Origin: Octopus sinensis
Lineage: Eukaryota
NCBI RefSeq assembly: GCF_006345805.1
Contig: NC_043009.1
Location: forward strand, 14,880,001 to 14,944,000
Length of the DNA stretch: 64,000 nt
Reading direction: 5' to 3'
A program made the translations under genes and the position numbers. The notes under the pieces were generated by a model. It was not told the DNA's origin. It searched no databases and was given only the letters and a program-made list of their open reading frames with translations. The stretch's first letter is position 1. Each line of letters begins with the position of its first letter. Of this stretch, positions 40,490 to 54,099 are shown one piece after another.

Positions 40490-42200
40490 ACCTGTCTATT
40501 CTCATTACTCTTTTGCATGGCACTGACCCCACTCTCAAACGAACTACATAACACCAGATATGGGTTCAAGGTTCATAATACGACAATAAGCCATCTGTTT
40601 TATATGGACGATCTGAGGCAGTTTGCTAGAGATGTGAAAGAGCTAGTTGAGCTGCTAAAAATTTCAAAGAGTCCAGCAATACCATTGGGATGGATTTGGG
40701 CCATAAGTGTGCGAAAGCAATTTTTGTAAGAGGCAAGCTTCCATTAGATACCGACACTACAATCACGAAACTTGACTCAAAAGAACGCTATATACACCTG
40801 GAGATAAACAGAGGAGATAGTATACAACATGCTACATATGAAGGAAAACATAAGGAGAAAAAGGACTAAAACCTGAGCCCAACTCAAAACATCGCATCAA
40901 AATCATTCACACACTGATACTTCCACTAGTCCTATATAGTTTTAACATCATTAACTGGAATCTTACAGAGATCTAACGACTGGACAGGTTGACAAGAAAA
41001 CTACTAATATCTATGCACATGCACCACCCAAAAGCAAACGTTGTACGTCTGTACGTACCTAGAAGTAATGAGGGAATAGAAATAATGCAAGTTGAACTGT
41101 GCTATAAGACCTTCACAGTAGGAACGAACGAGTACTTTTCTTGTACAGAGGGCTGGACGCTGCGATTTGTGTGCAAAGACGAAAGCAATACAAAATCACG
41201 ATCAATTGTCAATGAAGCTTGAAAATTCACTTGGAAACTTGGCATTAACCCTGAAATAGATGAACAACCTGAAACCACTGCCACAAAACAAAAATGGATC
41301 AAACAGACTGCAAATGAGAAGCAGTGGAGCCAGAAGCCTCTCCATGGACAATATATATTTTGAAGTCGAAATGCTCATGTACACCAAGCAACAACCCATC
41401 AGTGACTAAGAAGTTCTGGACTGAAAGTAGAGACTGAAGGTTCTGTATTAACAACAAAAGATCAACGCTTACTTACAAAACTGTACCAAGCTAACATTCT
41501 TCAAAACGGTTCTGCGACGCATTTGAGGAAACAACAGACCATCTCGCCTCGGGATGTTCTGTGCTGACACTAAAAGAATACAAGAATCGTCATGATAGCG
41601 TGGGACGGTATTTACATTGGGAAATATGTGAACGCTATAAATTCAGCACTCCTGCTTACTAGTATCAACATCACACTGAGCCAGTGGTTGAAAGTAAAAA
41701 TGTGATTATCCTCTGAGATTTTCCAGTCAACACTGACAGAACGATCGAAGGTAATCTACCAGAATAATTATTAAAGACAGGGATGAAAATACGGGTAGAC
41801 TAAGTGTTGTAAGTGTTCCCACATATAAGAATATATCTCTCAAGGAATTTGACAAATTAGGTAAATATAAAAACGTGGAAATTGAAATGCATGTGGCATA
41901 TTAAAACTAGAACTATTCCTATTATTGTAGGTGCCCTAGGTATGGTAAAAAGGGATGTCAGAAGCATTTAGATAAAATCCCAGGAGAACCATATTTCAGA
42001 GAAAGTACTGCCAGCATCCTTAGAAAAGCACTATTCATTTAAATTACTGTGTTGTATTACATGAAGATATTTCGCTACTGCCCTTGACAAATCCCCTCCC
42101 CAAACTTTCAGTCATACTGCAACATCTCTTGTCCCTATGCCGCTGGATGTGTCTCGGCAAGTGATTGTAACAAACATGCACAATTAGAAAAGAACAGTGA
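40490..42200 (+). mobile_element. R4/Dong-like element, lineage Z (RT to 3' UTR), decayed
   Basis: LLFCMALTPLS..ISHLFYMDD, MHHPKANVVRLYVPR, ETTDHLASGC, WDF-like/PIIVGALG; ends at a TAA-rich tail. Confidence 0.9.
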
Positions 42201-42221
42201 TAGTAATAAAAAATAATAATA

Positions 42222-42998
42222 GAAGCAAAACCGTAACTACGTCTGAGAAGCTCAGGATTAAAAGCAGAGACTTAATGATTTTTAACTGCAGCACAAGATC
42301 AAAGCCTTCCCACCACAGATCACCAAAAACACATAATGAAAAAATATAAGTAACCACAGAATGTGGTGATGGACAAGAAACAGTAACTCATATATATTAT
42401 TTCTGGCTGCCCAGTTCTGCCTAAGAGGGAATATACTCAGAGACACGACAGAGTTGGGATCTATATATGCTGGAAACTATTCCAACACTATGCAATGAGA
42501 ACTGAAAAACGTTGGTATACGCACACCCCAGAGGCGATCACAGAAAATGAGAAAGCAGCCATAGTCTGGGACATGCCAATGCACACAGATACAGAAATTA
42601 AGAGCAACATAATGGATATTGTTGTCAGAGATCATTAAGAAAAAAATCATGCTTTCTAATCGTTGTATCAATAGTAATAGACGTCAAAGTTTCTCTAGGA
42701 GACACGAAGAGACTTTCAAAATACAAAGATCTGAAAATAGATGTAACCTGAATGTGGAGCCGAAAAACAGACAATTCCTATAATAGTAAGCGCATTAGGT
42801 ATGATAAAATAACATTCAGAGTAAATGCTCAACAACAACACTTGGACTTACAAGTATATATAATATACAGAAAATATCACTACTAGGCAGCGCACACATC
42901 CGATGTATAGTGAAAATAAGAGCACCACAAAACACAGAACATACAAAAGGCATATAGCTGCGCTTAGTAGCGAAAGTCCGTGATAAAATTAAGACTAC
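42222..42998 (+). mobile_element. R4/Dong-like lineage X 3' fragment (CCHC/RLE)
   Basis: ETVTHIISGCPVL..REYTQRHDRVG, AAIVWDMPMHTD..DIVVRD; followed by (TAA)n at 43000-43095. Confidence 0.85.
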
Positions 42999-43018
42999 TG
43001 AATAATAGTAATAATAAC

Positions 43019-43085
<67 letters not shown>

Positions 43086-43260
43086 TAATAATAACATGAA
43101 GGACAAAACGGGGTTACATAAAGGGTCGTATAACAATGAAAATTACATCAAAGAAAATACCTAAAAGTGGCAAGCTTGCCTCATTTTGTGGGATACTTAT
43201 AGAGACCCCACAAAAAATCCACAAACGCCACGACCACTAGGGCGACAGCCCTTTCAATAC

Positions 43261-43305
<45 letters not shown>

Positions 43306-43408
43306 ATAAAATTGCCTTCCCTTGCCGGCCAAACGAAGGCGGCGGGGCAATCTTCATGGAATCAGCTGACAAGTGGACACGTCCTACAAGCGACAGCACA
43401 TGATCGGC

Positions 43409-43797
<389 letters not shown>

Positions 43798-43840
43798 AAT
43801 AATAATAATAATAATAATGAAAATAATAATAATAATAATA

Positions 43841-43882
<42 letters not shown>

Positions 43883-43981
43883 TTCATTATCTTTTTCGTA
43901 TTGATAGTGTTTTCATCTCTTCTTTTCCCCCTTTTTCTGCTTTGCAAAGTTCCTTCTTTATCTGTGATATATATGTATAAC

Positions 43982-44016
<35 letters not shown>

Positions 44017-44499
44017 TCATGACGGACGTGTACGAGTGAGCTCCCTGCAGAGAAGAATTGAAATTGTGATCATTGGCAAACACGATTTAAGAAACCGCTA
44101 AAGTATGTAAGAAAATTGTTTCTTAATATAAATCATTTCATGACGCCGAAATATTTCTCTCATATATGAAACATGATTTTTGCCAGACACGTCGTCACAG
44201 CAAGACATGTGTGTGGAAATATATACACGTAGGGACGTGATATACCTATACAAGAACTGAAACATTATGCGAGAATGTGATGTTCCTACAGAAGAAAAAA
44301 AAATGTGGGTGCAAATAATAATCGTAAATACAGTCTAATTGCTACAAGTACACACAATAAATTTAACGTTTATATAGTTCATATATGACCTCGTCCATTT
44401 TGTAAGTGAACAAGACAACATAGAATAACAGTGTTTAAACAAATTAAAAGCGACAAATAATAATAATAACAATATAATATGCAACAAGTCTCATTTTAA

Positions 44500-44720
44500 A
44501 CGTAGAGATGACGACTACAATAAAGTGATATATGCATTTTACACAGCAAAACTATACCCGGGAAATACAGAGATAACAAGAGAGGCATACCAAATATGGA
44601 GAAGAAATACTGATAGAAGGGGAGAAGATTAGGAAAATACTCTTGTGAATGTCCGGCAATATATCCTGTGAGAAGGAAAAGTGCCCCAAACTGAAATAGG
44701 TAGAATAATATATAAAATAC
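44500..44720 (+). mobile_element. Probable R4/Dong-like N-terminal ORF fragment
   Basis: DDYNKVIYAFYTAKLYPG...AYQIWRRN...NTLVNVRQYIL resembles the N-terminus of R4/Dong ORFs. Confidence 0.4.
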
Positions 44721-44723
44721 ACA

Positions 44724-44811
44724 GGGCAGTGAGCTGGCAGAAAGGTTAGCACACCGGGCGAAATGCTTAGTGGTATTTCGTTTGTCTTTGCGTATTGAGT
44801 TCAAATTTCAG
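44724..44811 (+). mobile_element. SINE family A 5' part
   Basis: Head through GAGTTCAAAT, truncated by the adjoining family B copy. Confidence 0.8.
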
Positions 44812-45200
44812 TCATGTGACTGTGGCCATGCTGGAGCAACGCTTTTAGTCGAGCAAATCGATCCCAGGACTTATTCTTTGTAATCCTAGTACTTATTCTA
44901 TCGGTCTGTTTTGCCGAACCGCTAAGCCACGGGGACGTAAACACACCAGCATCGGTTATCAAGGGATGTGGGTGGGGGCAAACACAGACACACAAACATA
45001 CACACACACACATATATATATATATATACATATATACGACAGGCTTCTTTCAGTTTCCGTCTACCAAATCCACTCACAAGATTTTGGTCGGCCCGAGACC
45101 ATAGTAGAAAACACTTGTCCAAGATGCCACGCAATGGGACTGAACCCGGAACCATGTGGTTCGTAAGCAAACTACTTACCACACAGCCACTCTTACGCCT
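44812..45200 (-). mobile_element. SINE family B
   Basis: Reverse complement of 29382-29815. Confidence 0.9.
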
Positions 45201-45499
45201 ATTCTGTAATAACTATTGATATCTGATATCACGTATTTAATGCATGTGTATTGTTAAACGATTATTGGCTGCGGTATGTCGTCCTGGGAAAGAACCTCTA
45301 AACACAGAACGTGTTGAGAAAAAATAGAGTATATTAAAGGCAGGCGAAACAAATCACTACGGAGCAGAACGTATGTCGATATTTCGATATTTCAGTCCTC
45401 AAGATGAATTCAAATCGGTGGACCGAAGTATATGCAGATAGCGTAAAATTTATCTGCCGATGTGCAAATGCGCCGCATAAGTAAAACAAAATTTAGAAA

Positions 45500-45720
<221 letters not shown>

Positions 45721-46174
45721 GATATGTATGTACATACATCGATATATAACGCATTTGTCAAATTATATACGCCTATGCGTATATGTGAAATTTGAATATC
45801 TGAAATAGTGAGTTTTAATCATCTTAGTATATTTCAAAATTTCATGAACCACTCTAAGGCATTTCAATCGATACCTATATCGTAAATTTTGAAGATTGAG
45901 GAGCACGAATTTTCTGACCACAAGTATCTTTACACATGAGACATTCCTGCGCTTCAATCAGTTTACACTAGCAATTTGTGATTCATATTTATTACACACT
46001 TTAAACAGGCGTACATTCCTATGTACGTATATGAATTTACACCGGAGCATGTTTAGATGTACATATGAATAATTATAAGTATATATATATATATATATAT
46101 ATATACATACTTACTTACCCGCATATATATATATATATATACACACACATAGATACACACGCGCGCACACATGT

Positions 46175-46226
<52 letters not shown>

Positions 46227-47149
46227 CACAAATAGGCATCCATATCCTTGTGGGTTTTTTGTGAGGCATGTTAAAAGAAGTAAGATACTAAATTACAGTT
46301 CATTATCTACACAATTGTTAGATCTGAAGATATGATCAAGAAGATTATACATGAATGAATTGAGGCGTAATCTTTTGTACTTCATAGTTGTTATGCAAAA
46401 AGGAAAAAATGATTACGGAGAAATGGGGTTATTAATGAAGTGTAAAGGGAATATATTCTATTTGAAATGCTACATAAGTCGTTTCATTGCTGATAAATAT
46501 CATTCTTGATAAGAGATATCACTCTAATCTATAGAAGAATTCCCCGCAGCAGTTTATTTCTTAGTGAAGATAAAAGCAAAATTATAAGATCATCGTATCT
46601 AAAAGACAAATGTAAGAGATTGTACACAGAATTTTTGTCCAGGTAAAAGAAAAACCGTATATCTGATTCTGCATTGGTGGTTCTGGTATTAAGCATGCGT
46701 ACATATTTGCTCACTTTGGTACATTGATAAACATATGCACACATACATATATGGAAGAAATAGGGAGTAAGTTTCTTGATAGAATGTTGTAACAAAACTG
46801 GCTTGCATGTTAAATCATTTCTTATCACAAACATTTTGCTTCGCTTTGGACGTTACAAATATCTATCTCAGGTACCTTAGCTGTCGTAGACAATTTTGTG
46901 GAATTGCAAATCTGTTCTACCAGAGACATTCTACTATTATACTTTGGGCAGAATTTTGTTTCTTATTTCAGTTATAAATAAATTATATAAATACATATAA
47001 GAGAAATAGTGGTGTGCTAAATAGACTTAACTAGACCGTTATATACTCCGTGTTTTTATATGGTGTTCCTTTATCTGTATGTTGGTGCTGCTTGTGGAAT
47101 TTTAGAGACAGGCTTCTAAAGCCAAAGAAACATAATTCTGGAAATGTAT

Positions 47150-47500
47150 TTCGAGATCAGAAGGCTTCCCTAACCAGTCCAAACGTTTCTATGAAATACA
47201 CATTTTCCGTGCGAGAAATGCACCATGCGAATATTGGCTCATGTTTTATTTAGATGGGTATTAAGGAGGACTTTTCTAACTGGTAATTTGATATATTAGA
47301 AAATGTATCGAAAACTATTTCGAATTACATTAGGACATCTTCGTGGAGAAAGAAGATACATAAATATTGCCTGGTCATTTCTGACGATACGGAATGGTCA
47401 CAACAAGAGTATGTATGATATTACGTCGATGTGACAAATACATATTGGGTGAGAAAAAATAAAAGCCCTCGATATATAGGGGATATTAACTGCATTATAG
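47150..47500 (+). pseudogene. Possible decayed alpha-1,2-fucosyltransferase (GT11)-like sequence
   Basis: GIKEDF..*..SNYIRTSSWRKKIHKYCLVISDDTEWSQQE*..KSP resembles GT11 HVRRGD...Y..KAM.YFRKK...FVV.SDD..W; in-frame stops present. Confidence 0.3.
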
Positions 47501-50500
47501 AAGACAGTTGATTTCATTTGTACAATATCTTCATCGCACCTGGAGAAGAAATAGCTTCACAACAACAAACACTATATAGACTTAAATGCATTGTAATATG
47601 TTCCTTCACGTATCCTGGCTCATAAAAGGACGACAAAATAATTATCATTTTAATTATACTGGTTATACACACATATTTGGATAAATACTGGCGGTTTATG
47701 AACAAACATTAAACGAAGTTCAAAGTATTAAATTTTAGAATGGGAAATACGAATAAATATAGAATGGAAAATTTTAAATATATCTTGTATTATTGTGTCA
47801 TTCTTACAATTAGTGCTTGTCAAACTTTTGAGTACACTTTATATATATATATTCAACATAGTTTGTAATTGTTATGCAGTCATATCTCCACTTCTCAAGG
47901 AAATTGCATCTGTTGCGACAAATATTTATATTGTTCATACGAGACAACGTTTATTACAAATTGTTTGTTTTCAATGTAGGTTATGGCTTTTTCATTTGCG
48001 TTCCCCCCAAAAAAATTCGTATTTTAGAAGAGAAATAAAACATTTGAATTATATTTTTTCAACTTAGCTAAAAGAAAACAATCATTAAAATAAATAATAA
48101 AATGCGTAATAAAACCTTTATAGAATGAGTAGCTGTTGAACAAAATTCTAAAACTGTAAAACTAAAACGTGAAGGTTTGCAAGGAAGCAAAACAAAACAA
48201 CAACAAAAAGTGTAATAATAATAAAAACAATAATAAATTGGAAGGTCTCCAATATAAGTCTACAAGGTTATACTGCAGCCATAAATGTACAATTTGAGTT
48301 GCTGTCATTGTGTACATTGAAATGATAAATGGGATATGATTCAGAAGTTTGAACAGTAAAATACACTTAGTATTTAACTACTATTCATCTGGTATGCAAA
48401 GGAGACACTACGCAAGTGATGGTATTTGCAAACAGTTCAATCTAATTGTTTAGCCATTAAATTGTTTCATTTAGATTTACAGCCAAAATCCAGTTTACTG
48501 CAGAAGGTTGAGGCACGAATGTTAAAAATTAGACAGGATGACTTCTGCACGAGAGATAATTTATTTCCCACTCTCTTCGTTCGGTCTTGTTTTACATTCT
48601 GTATCTCTCTCAATTTCAGTCTTTCTACAAATACACACACACGTACACACAAGCGCACATACACGCAAGTACACACACACACGTAGGCACGCACACACTC
48701 TCTTTCTCTCTATCTCTCTCGCGTACACACATGTATATATATGCGCAAATATTCATATATTCCTAATTTATATATATACAATGTTTTCTCAGATACGTCA
48801 ATCTTAGACGCTATGTCCAATCTAGTTTTGTTTCATTCATTTCTTTGAGAGTTATATCTCTATGTCTATTAAAAAGTTGACTAGGAACAAATTTCTGCTT
48901 GGATATTTCTTCAAGTCTATCGAATTTCTACAACATTTAAACACTCTCTATATAATTGTATGCTATCATTTTCTCTGCAACTCTATATCATTACTAGCAG
49001 TTATCTAAGTGTCCCTCAGTAGCACGATCTCGTAAACGTGAATGAATCTTGGGTAAATGGTTACTTAAGAATATATCTCAAAGCAGATGAGGCAAGAGAA
49101 CCCAAGACTTTCCGCAGGAGCCTGAAGTAAGGTCTCCACAATTTCTGATACACTAATGAGTTCTATAACCCAACCCAATTGAGACCTGGTTACAGCGTGA
49201 TTATTAAATATGGCGTAGAACTAGACCCCAGTTTGGAAACAAAAAGTTACAAGAAAGGTTTTTAACCATGTCCCCAAATATGTTACTATATTTTTCTAAC
49301 TCAGACGTTTCAATATCTGCTGATATATTTTCACATGGGAAATTATGTGTATTGATAGAATTTGAATCACCAAATTATAAAAATATCATCTCATATTCTC
49401 GTATAGCATGCCTATACGAGGCCTGCACGAATTTACTTAAATCATATCAAAACTACTTATTATAGTTTAACAATCTATAATTCTAGCCGCACGTAAGTAT
49501 ATTTATGTGTCTCTGAAAGAACGTAAAATATTCTTCTTTTTTTATGCCATACATTGTTGAATAGCTTTTGTTTATTATCATGCATAGTGTTGGGATTTTC
49601 ACTTCATTTAGTTTCCAGACATTATAAAGCAACATGATTTTATTTCGCACATTTCTAAACTTTGTTACTGTTACTAAAATAGACTTACATTTTCATATAA
49701 ATGTATGAAATATTTGAAAGGATAGTTGAAGATACAAATACCTATGCGCCGGACCACGGTTTTTCCTTTTATTTCCACTTCCATGTAATTAATGGCAATA
49801 TGATGCCCTAAAGGAAAAGATTCTGAAGCGAAAACTATGTTTTCCGGACTATCGCATATCAGATTACTGGAACTCTAGTACATAATTTTTCTCACTCTGC
49901 ATGTTTTCTGTGCTTTTTATATACACACTTATTTTCCGCTAGACATATTCCGGCATGCATATACTCCAAACTCCATTACATGCATACGCAATTGTACTCA
50001 CTCAAGTACACGCTAATATATGTTTATATGTATACATTTATATACGTAAACTAGTGCGCATACATGCATACATATGCGCGCGTGCATGTATATTTGTGCT
50101 TGAATGCATTCTCATATGCATACCTCTGAAAATGAATAGTCTTTTTCCTTCGATTCTAAAAAATCGATAAACTGTTTTTGATAGCGAATGCATTTTACAG
50201 ACAAGAATGTTTTAGAATTTATAATATTTAAAAGTTCGTTCATGCTTCTGCTGGAGTTTATGTTTTATAACTTTGCGGAATGCTATTTATCTTCGTGATA
50301 AATAGAATTTAGAATAACCGAATAAACTGTTTAGCTTATACTCTTTTAACAGGCAATAACAAGTTACGTAAAAATAATAATAATAATAATTGTATTTAAT
50401 GTTTGCATGTAGCATATATATAACCCACACCTTTACGCATTCTCTGATTGAAGTGGGGAAATAAAAATAAAAATAGTGCCTTATTTTTATCCATATTTTA

Positions 50501-50919
50501 GCTAAATTTGAATATATAGCAGGGACACACTTTCAGCAATTGGATCTAATCATATCGTTGCACATATATCGGAAATTTTGGTTTTATTCAAAGAAGTAAA
50601 TAATATGGATATTTTGCATTTAACATATTGAGAAATAACCATTTACGTCTTACTGATGAATCGTATTCAATAGTCTGTAACAAGTACAAACGTGAAAAAG
50701 ATATTATATAAATCTATTTTTTTCCAATGACATATTTTACAAGTTGGAAGTCTTCAGTGCCACATTGCATGATAATACGATGCGTCTATAAATTTCCAAA
50801 TTTTAATCAAGCACCAAATTTAAAGATCATCATGAATATTATTTATACAGTAAAATTATGTCCACAATCATTATTGAAAAATTTATATTTTGAATGATGT
50901 CTTGCAAACTACTTGCACA

Positions 50920-51235
50920 TGCAAGTGCTACCAGTATACCGGAAGCCAGGAAGTATATGGGGTCATCAGGAGAGAATGTGCGCCGTTTCGGGGCCTACAT
51001 CGCGACGGCATCAATGCGCACCGGCCCCCCTCACTGATATGAGGCCCCGCTTGCTAGATCAGCTGATTATCAAATTAAGCTCAATATCCTTCTAGCCATC
51101 GCTCATTGTCTCTTTTTAACCAAATCCAGTGGCTGTAGATTGGATATCGGTCATGGTGGTATTGACTTTACGATGAGTTAGGCCTAGCGATAACAACAGT
51201 CGTCTCACAATGCGTCCAACGAACCCTCTACATTG
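50920..51235 (-). mobile_element. HERO/NeSL-like retrotransposon C-terminus and 3' UTR
   Basis: CRGFVGRIVRRLLLSLGL...(frameshift) SHWIWLKRD matches GCRGF.G...LG...W.W.KR. Confidence 0.65.
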
Positions 51236-51730
51236 TAAATATTACAATGTGACACATTCTGAAATAAGAGTAATCTCGAAATACTATCTGTTCCTTACAA
51301 ATTGCACATTATGCCAATAACATATAGCAATATAATGAAAAGGTTGATATGTTCCTAATATATAAGTTTACGAACACAATTCGATTAGCCTGACACTATG
51401 TTTCCGATATCGTAGCCGTATCCTTCTCAAGAATATGCGAACCTTTTATCAGTCTTCATCATTTATAACTAAGGTATTGGGTCACACTGGAAGATCAGGA
51501 ATTTTTCAAATTTGTTCAATCGATATGAATCACAAAATGCACATTCAAGTAAATGTTCTCTAAATCTATCGAGAAAAATCGAACTTAAAAAATCTGTTTT
51601 ATTATCTTGATTTACGATTTAGTAAAGTTACATTTTTTAATTACTGACTTTTGGACATAATGCAAACTCTTGTACCAATTAAAGTAAGTATATATTTCTA
51701 AGGAATGGTATTTTAATATACAACTATTGC

Positions 51731-51921
51731 AGTTCTATATTTATGAGGTGAGGAATTATTTACATTATTTACATTATTTACGTTATTTACATTTGACGGA
51801 TATTTGTCCTCATCTTGTTTGCTGTTAACACAACGTTTCGGCTGGTATATCCTCCAGCCTTCATCAGGTGTCTAGGAGAAATTTCGAACCTGGGTTCTCT
51901 ATTCTCATGTATTTTTCGATA

Positions 51922-51987
<66 letters not shown>
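51731..51987 (-). mobile_element. PLE-type hammerhead tail + (AAT)n, left inverted arm
   Basis: Reverse complement of 26270-26446. Confidence 0.85.
51827..51872 (-). ncRNA. Minimal type I hammerhead ribozyme with intact core
   Basis: GACAC-CUGAUGA-A-GGCUGG-aggauaua-CCAGCC-GAAA-C-G-U-U-GUGUU: 5-bp stem I, 6-bp stem II, palindromic ACGU stem III, GUU triplet. Confidence 0.8.
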
Positions 51988-51991
<4 letters not shown>

Positions 51992-52002
51992 TACTCTTTC
52001 CA

Positions 52003-52074
52003 GGGGCATATGACGTAGTGGTTAAGCGCGCAGGCTGCTAACCCCAAGATTCTGAGTTCGATTCCAGGCTGTGA

Positions 52075-52078
<4 letters not shown>
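52003..52078 (+). promoter_or_regulatory. tRNA-like Pol III head (A box TGACGTAGTGG 52011-52021; B box GTTCGATTC 52056-52064)
   Basis: Same sequence as the 26188-26125 head. It resembles tRNA-Asn/Ser D and anticodon arms but has no acceptor stem. Confidence 0.75.
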
Positions 52079-52169
<91 letters not shown>

Positions 52170-52183
52170 GTAATAATAATAAT

Positions 52184-52759
52184 AAATGCCCTGATGGAGT
52201 ACCATAAATGACCTGATGCAGTACCAGGCAATGGCTCTCATGGCTGCTGATCTTAACTGATTGGAAGCGTTAACATGTACATTCTTTTGTCTTGGTATAA
52301 AAGATGGGCTACAGTAAATACTCTGCTCTATACCACAGATATGCTTGTCAGTTGTTTGACCCTAACCAGTTGACCATGTCTCTTAGTGGCTGACGATATA
52401 TGCATCTCTGATCACAAGCAGTAGGGGAGCATCATAGCCATGTATTGAGAGGGATTCTTTCGTGTTTCAATAATTCACCTCTAGAAACATGGGTGTTTCG
52501 TTGAACATCCTTAAACAACCCTTATTCAGGGACATTTTGAGCGGGATGTATTACTCGATCAGAAGAAAAAATTCTAACTGGACCCCACCTGCAAGGTCAT
52601 GCACTGTTTATCTTGATATGAGATCACCATGTCGCGCACATATGGTTGTGATGCATGTGCCTGGTGTACCCTTATCAGACAGGTAGTCATGATTGGTATA
52701 CTGGGCTTCGTATATTTTACCCCAGTTTCACTTTGATGGCATGCACTGCCCTCTCACTC
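52184..52759 (+). mobile_element. 550-bp TAA-associated element (with short 5' duplication)
   Basis: AAATGCCCTGATGGAGTACCA-TAAATGACCTGATGCAGTACCA start; homologous to 20843. Confidence 0.9.
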
Positions 52760-52845
<86 letters not shown>

Positions 52846-52849
<4 letters not shown>

Positions 52850-53403
52850 GCCCTGATGCAGTACCAGGCAGTGGCTCTCATGGCTTCTGATCTTAACTGA
52901 CTGGAAGTGTTATCATGTACATTGTTTTGTCTTGGTATAAAAGATGGGCTACAGCAAATATTCTGCTCAATACCACAGGTTTGCTTGTCAGTTGTTTGAC
53001 CTTAACCAGTTGAGCATGTCCCTTAGTGGCTGACGATATGTGCATCTCTGATCACGAGCAGAAGTAGTGGGGGAGCATCATGGCCATGTGTTGAGAGGGA
53101 TTCTTTGGAGTTTGAATGGTTCACCTCTGGAAACATAGGTGTTTCGTTCAACATCCTAAAGCAACCCTTATTCAGGGACCGTTTGAGCAGGATGGGCTAC
53201 TCAACCTGAAGAAAATTCTAACTGGGCCCCACCTGCAAGGTCATGTGTTGTTTATCTTGATATGAGATCACCATGTCGCGCACATATGGTTGTGATGCAT
53301 GTGCCTGGTGTACCTTTATCAGACGGGTAGTCATGATGGGTATATTGGGCTTCGTATATTTTACCCCAGTGTCACTTTGATGGCATGAACTGCTCTCTCA
53401 CTC
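52846..53403 (+). mobile_element. 550-bp TAA-associated element, apparently full length
   Basis: AAATGCCCTGATGCAGTACCAGG...CTCTCTCACTC between (AAT)n tracts. Confidence 0.9.
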
Positions 53404-53434
<31 letters not shown>

Positions 53435-53464
53435 GTAATAATAATAATAATAAAAACAACAACA

Positions 53465-53617
53465 GCAACATCGAAAAATACCTTAGGAATGAGAACCTAT
53501 GTTCGAAATTTGCCGAAGACACCTGAGGAAGTCTGGAGGTGTATATCACACGAAACGTGTTAACAGCAAACAAGATGAGGACAAATATCCGTCAAATGTA
53601 AATAATTTAAATAATGT
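53465..53617 (+). mobile_element. PLE-type tail with degenerate hammerhead (53518-53561)
   Basis: GACAC-CTGAGGA-A-GTCTGG...GAAACGTGTT; homologous to 26270-26420. Confidence 0.8.
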
Positions 53618-54099
53618 ACTGCTATTGCAGTAAGTACAGGAAACTAAGGTGTGTCTAAAAATCTATGAATTTGTGTATAAAACTTATGATCCCTATATTT
53701 TTTTATTTGCCTGGATATGTTTTTGTTTATACTTCATTTTATAAAATAGCTTGGTCTGTGAGATATTTCTACACCCGAATCGAGAAAAAAAACAGCTTCC
53801 TAGAACTGTTCCTAGGAGCAATTACGCTACAAGAAATGTCCAAATGTCTTGATTCGATCGAAGAATATTTTCCCTTATATATACATTTCTTGTCAAACAT
53901 ATAATTTTATGTACTTTGCTATGAATATTTTCTGCCATTATAAGCTTGTAAAAACTATGGTTTTTACTTGTATCTAAGATTTATTCTATTTCCTCAGATC
54001 TACGACTTATTTCACTTTATACTATCAGTTGTGTAAGAAAAGATTCTTTGCTTTAATCTACACTTGAAGAATCAATGAAATAATCTTTATCTCACACGA

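Noticed and set aside
46535-46642. 108-nt AG/GT-bounded open frame (RIPRSS...CKRLYTEFLS)
   Set aside because: Weak acceptor, no recognisable homology, no partner exons.
52003-52078. Functional tRNA gene
   Set aside because: No acceptor stem or terminator; runs into (AAT)n, so treated as a SINE-type head.
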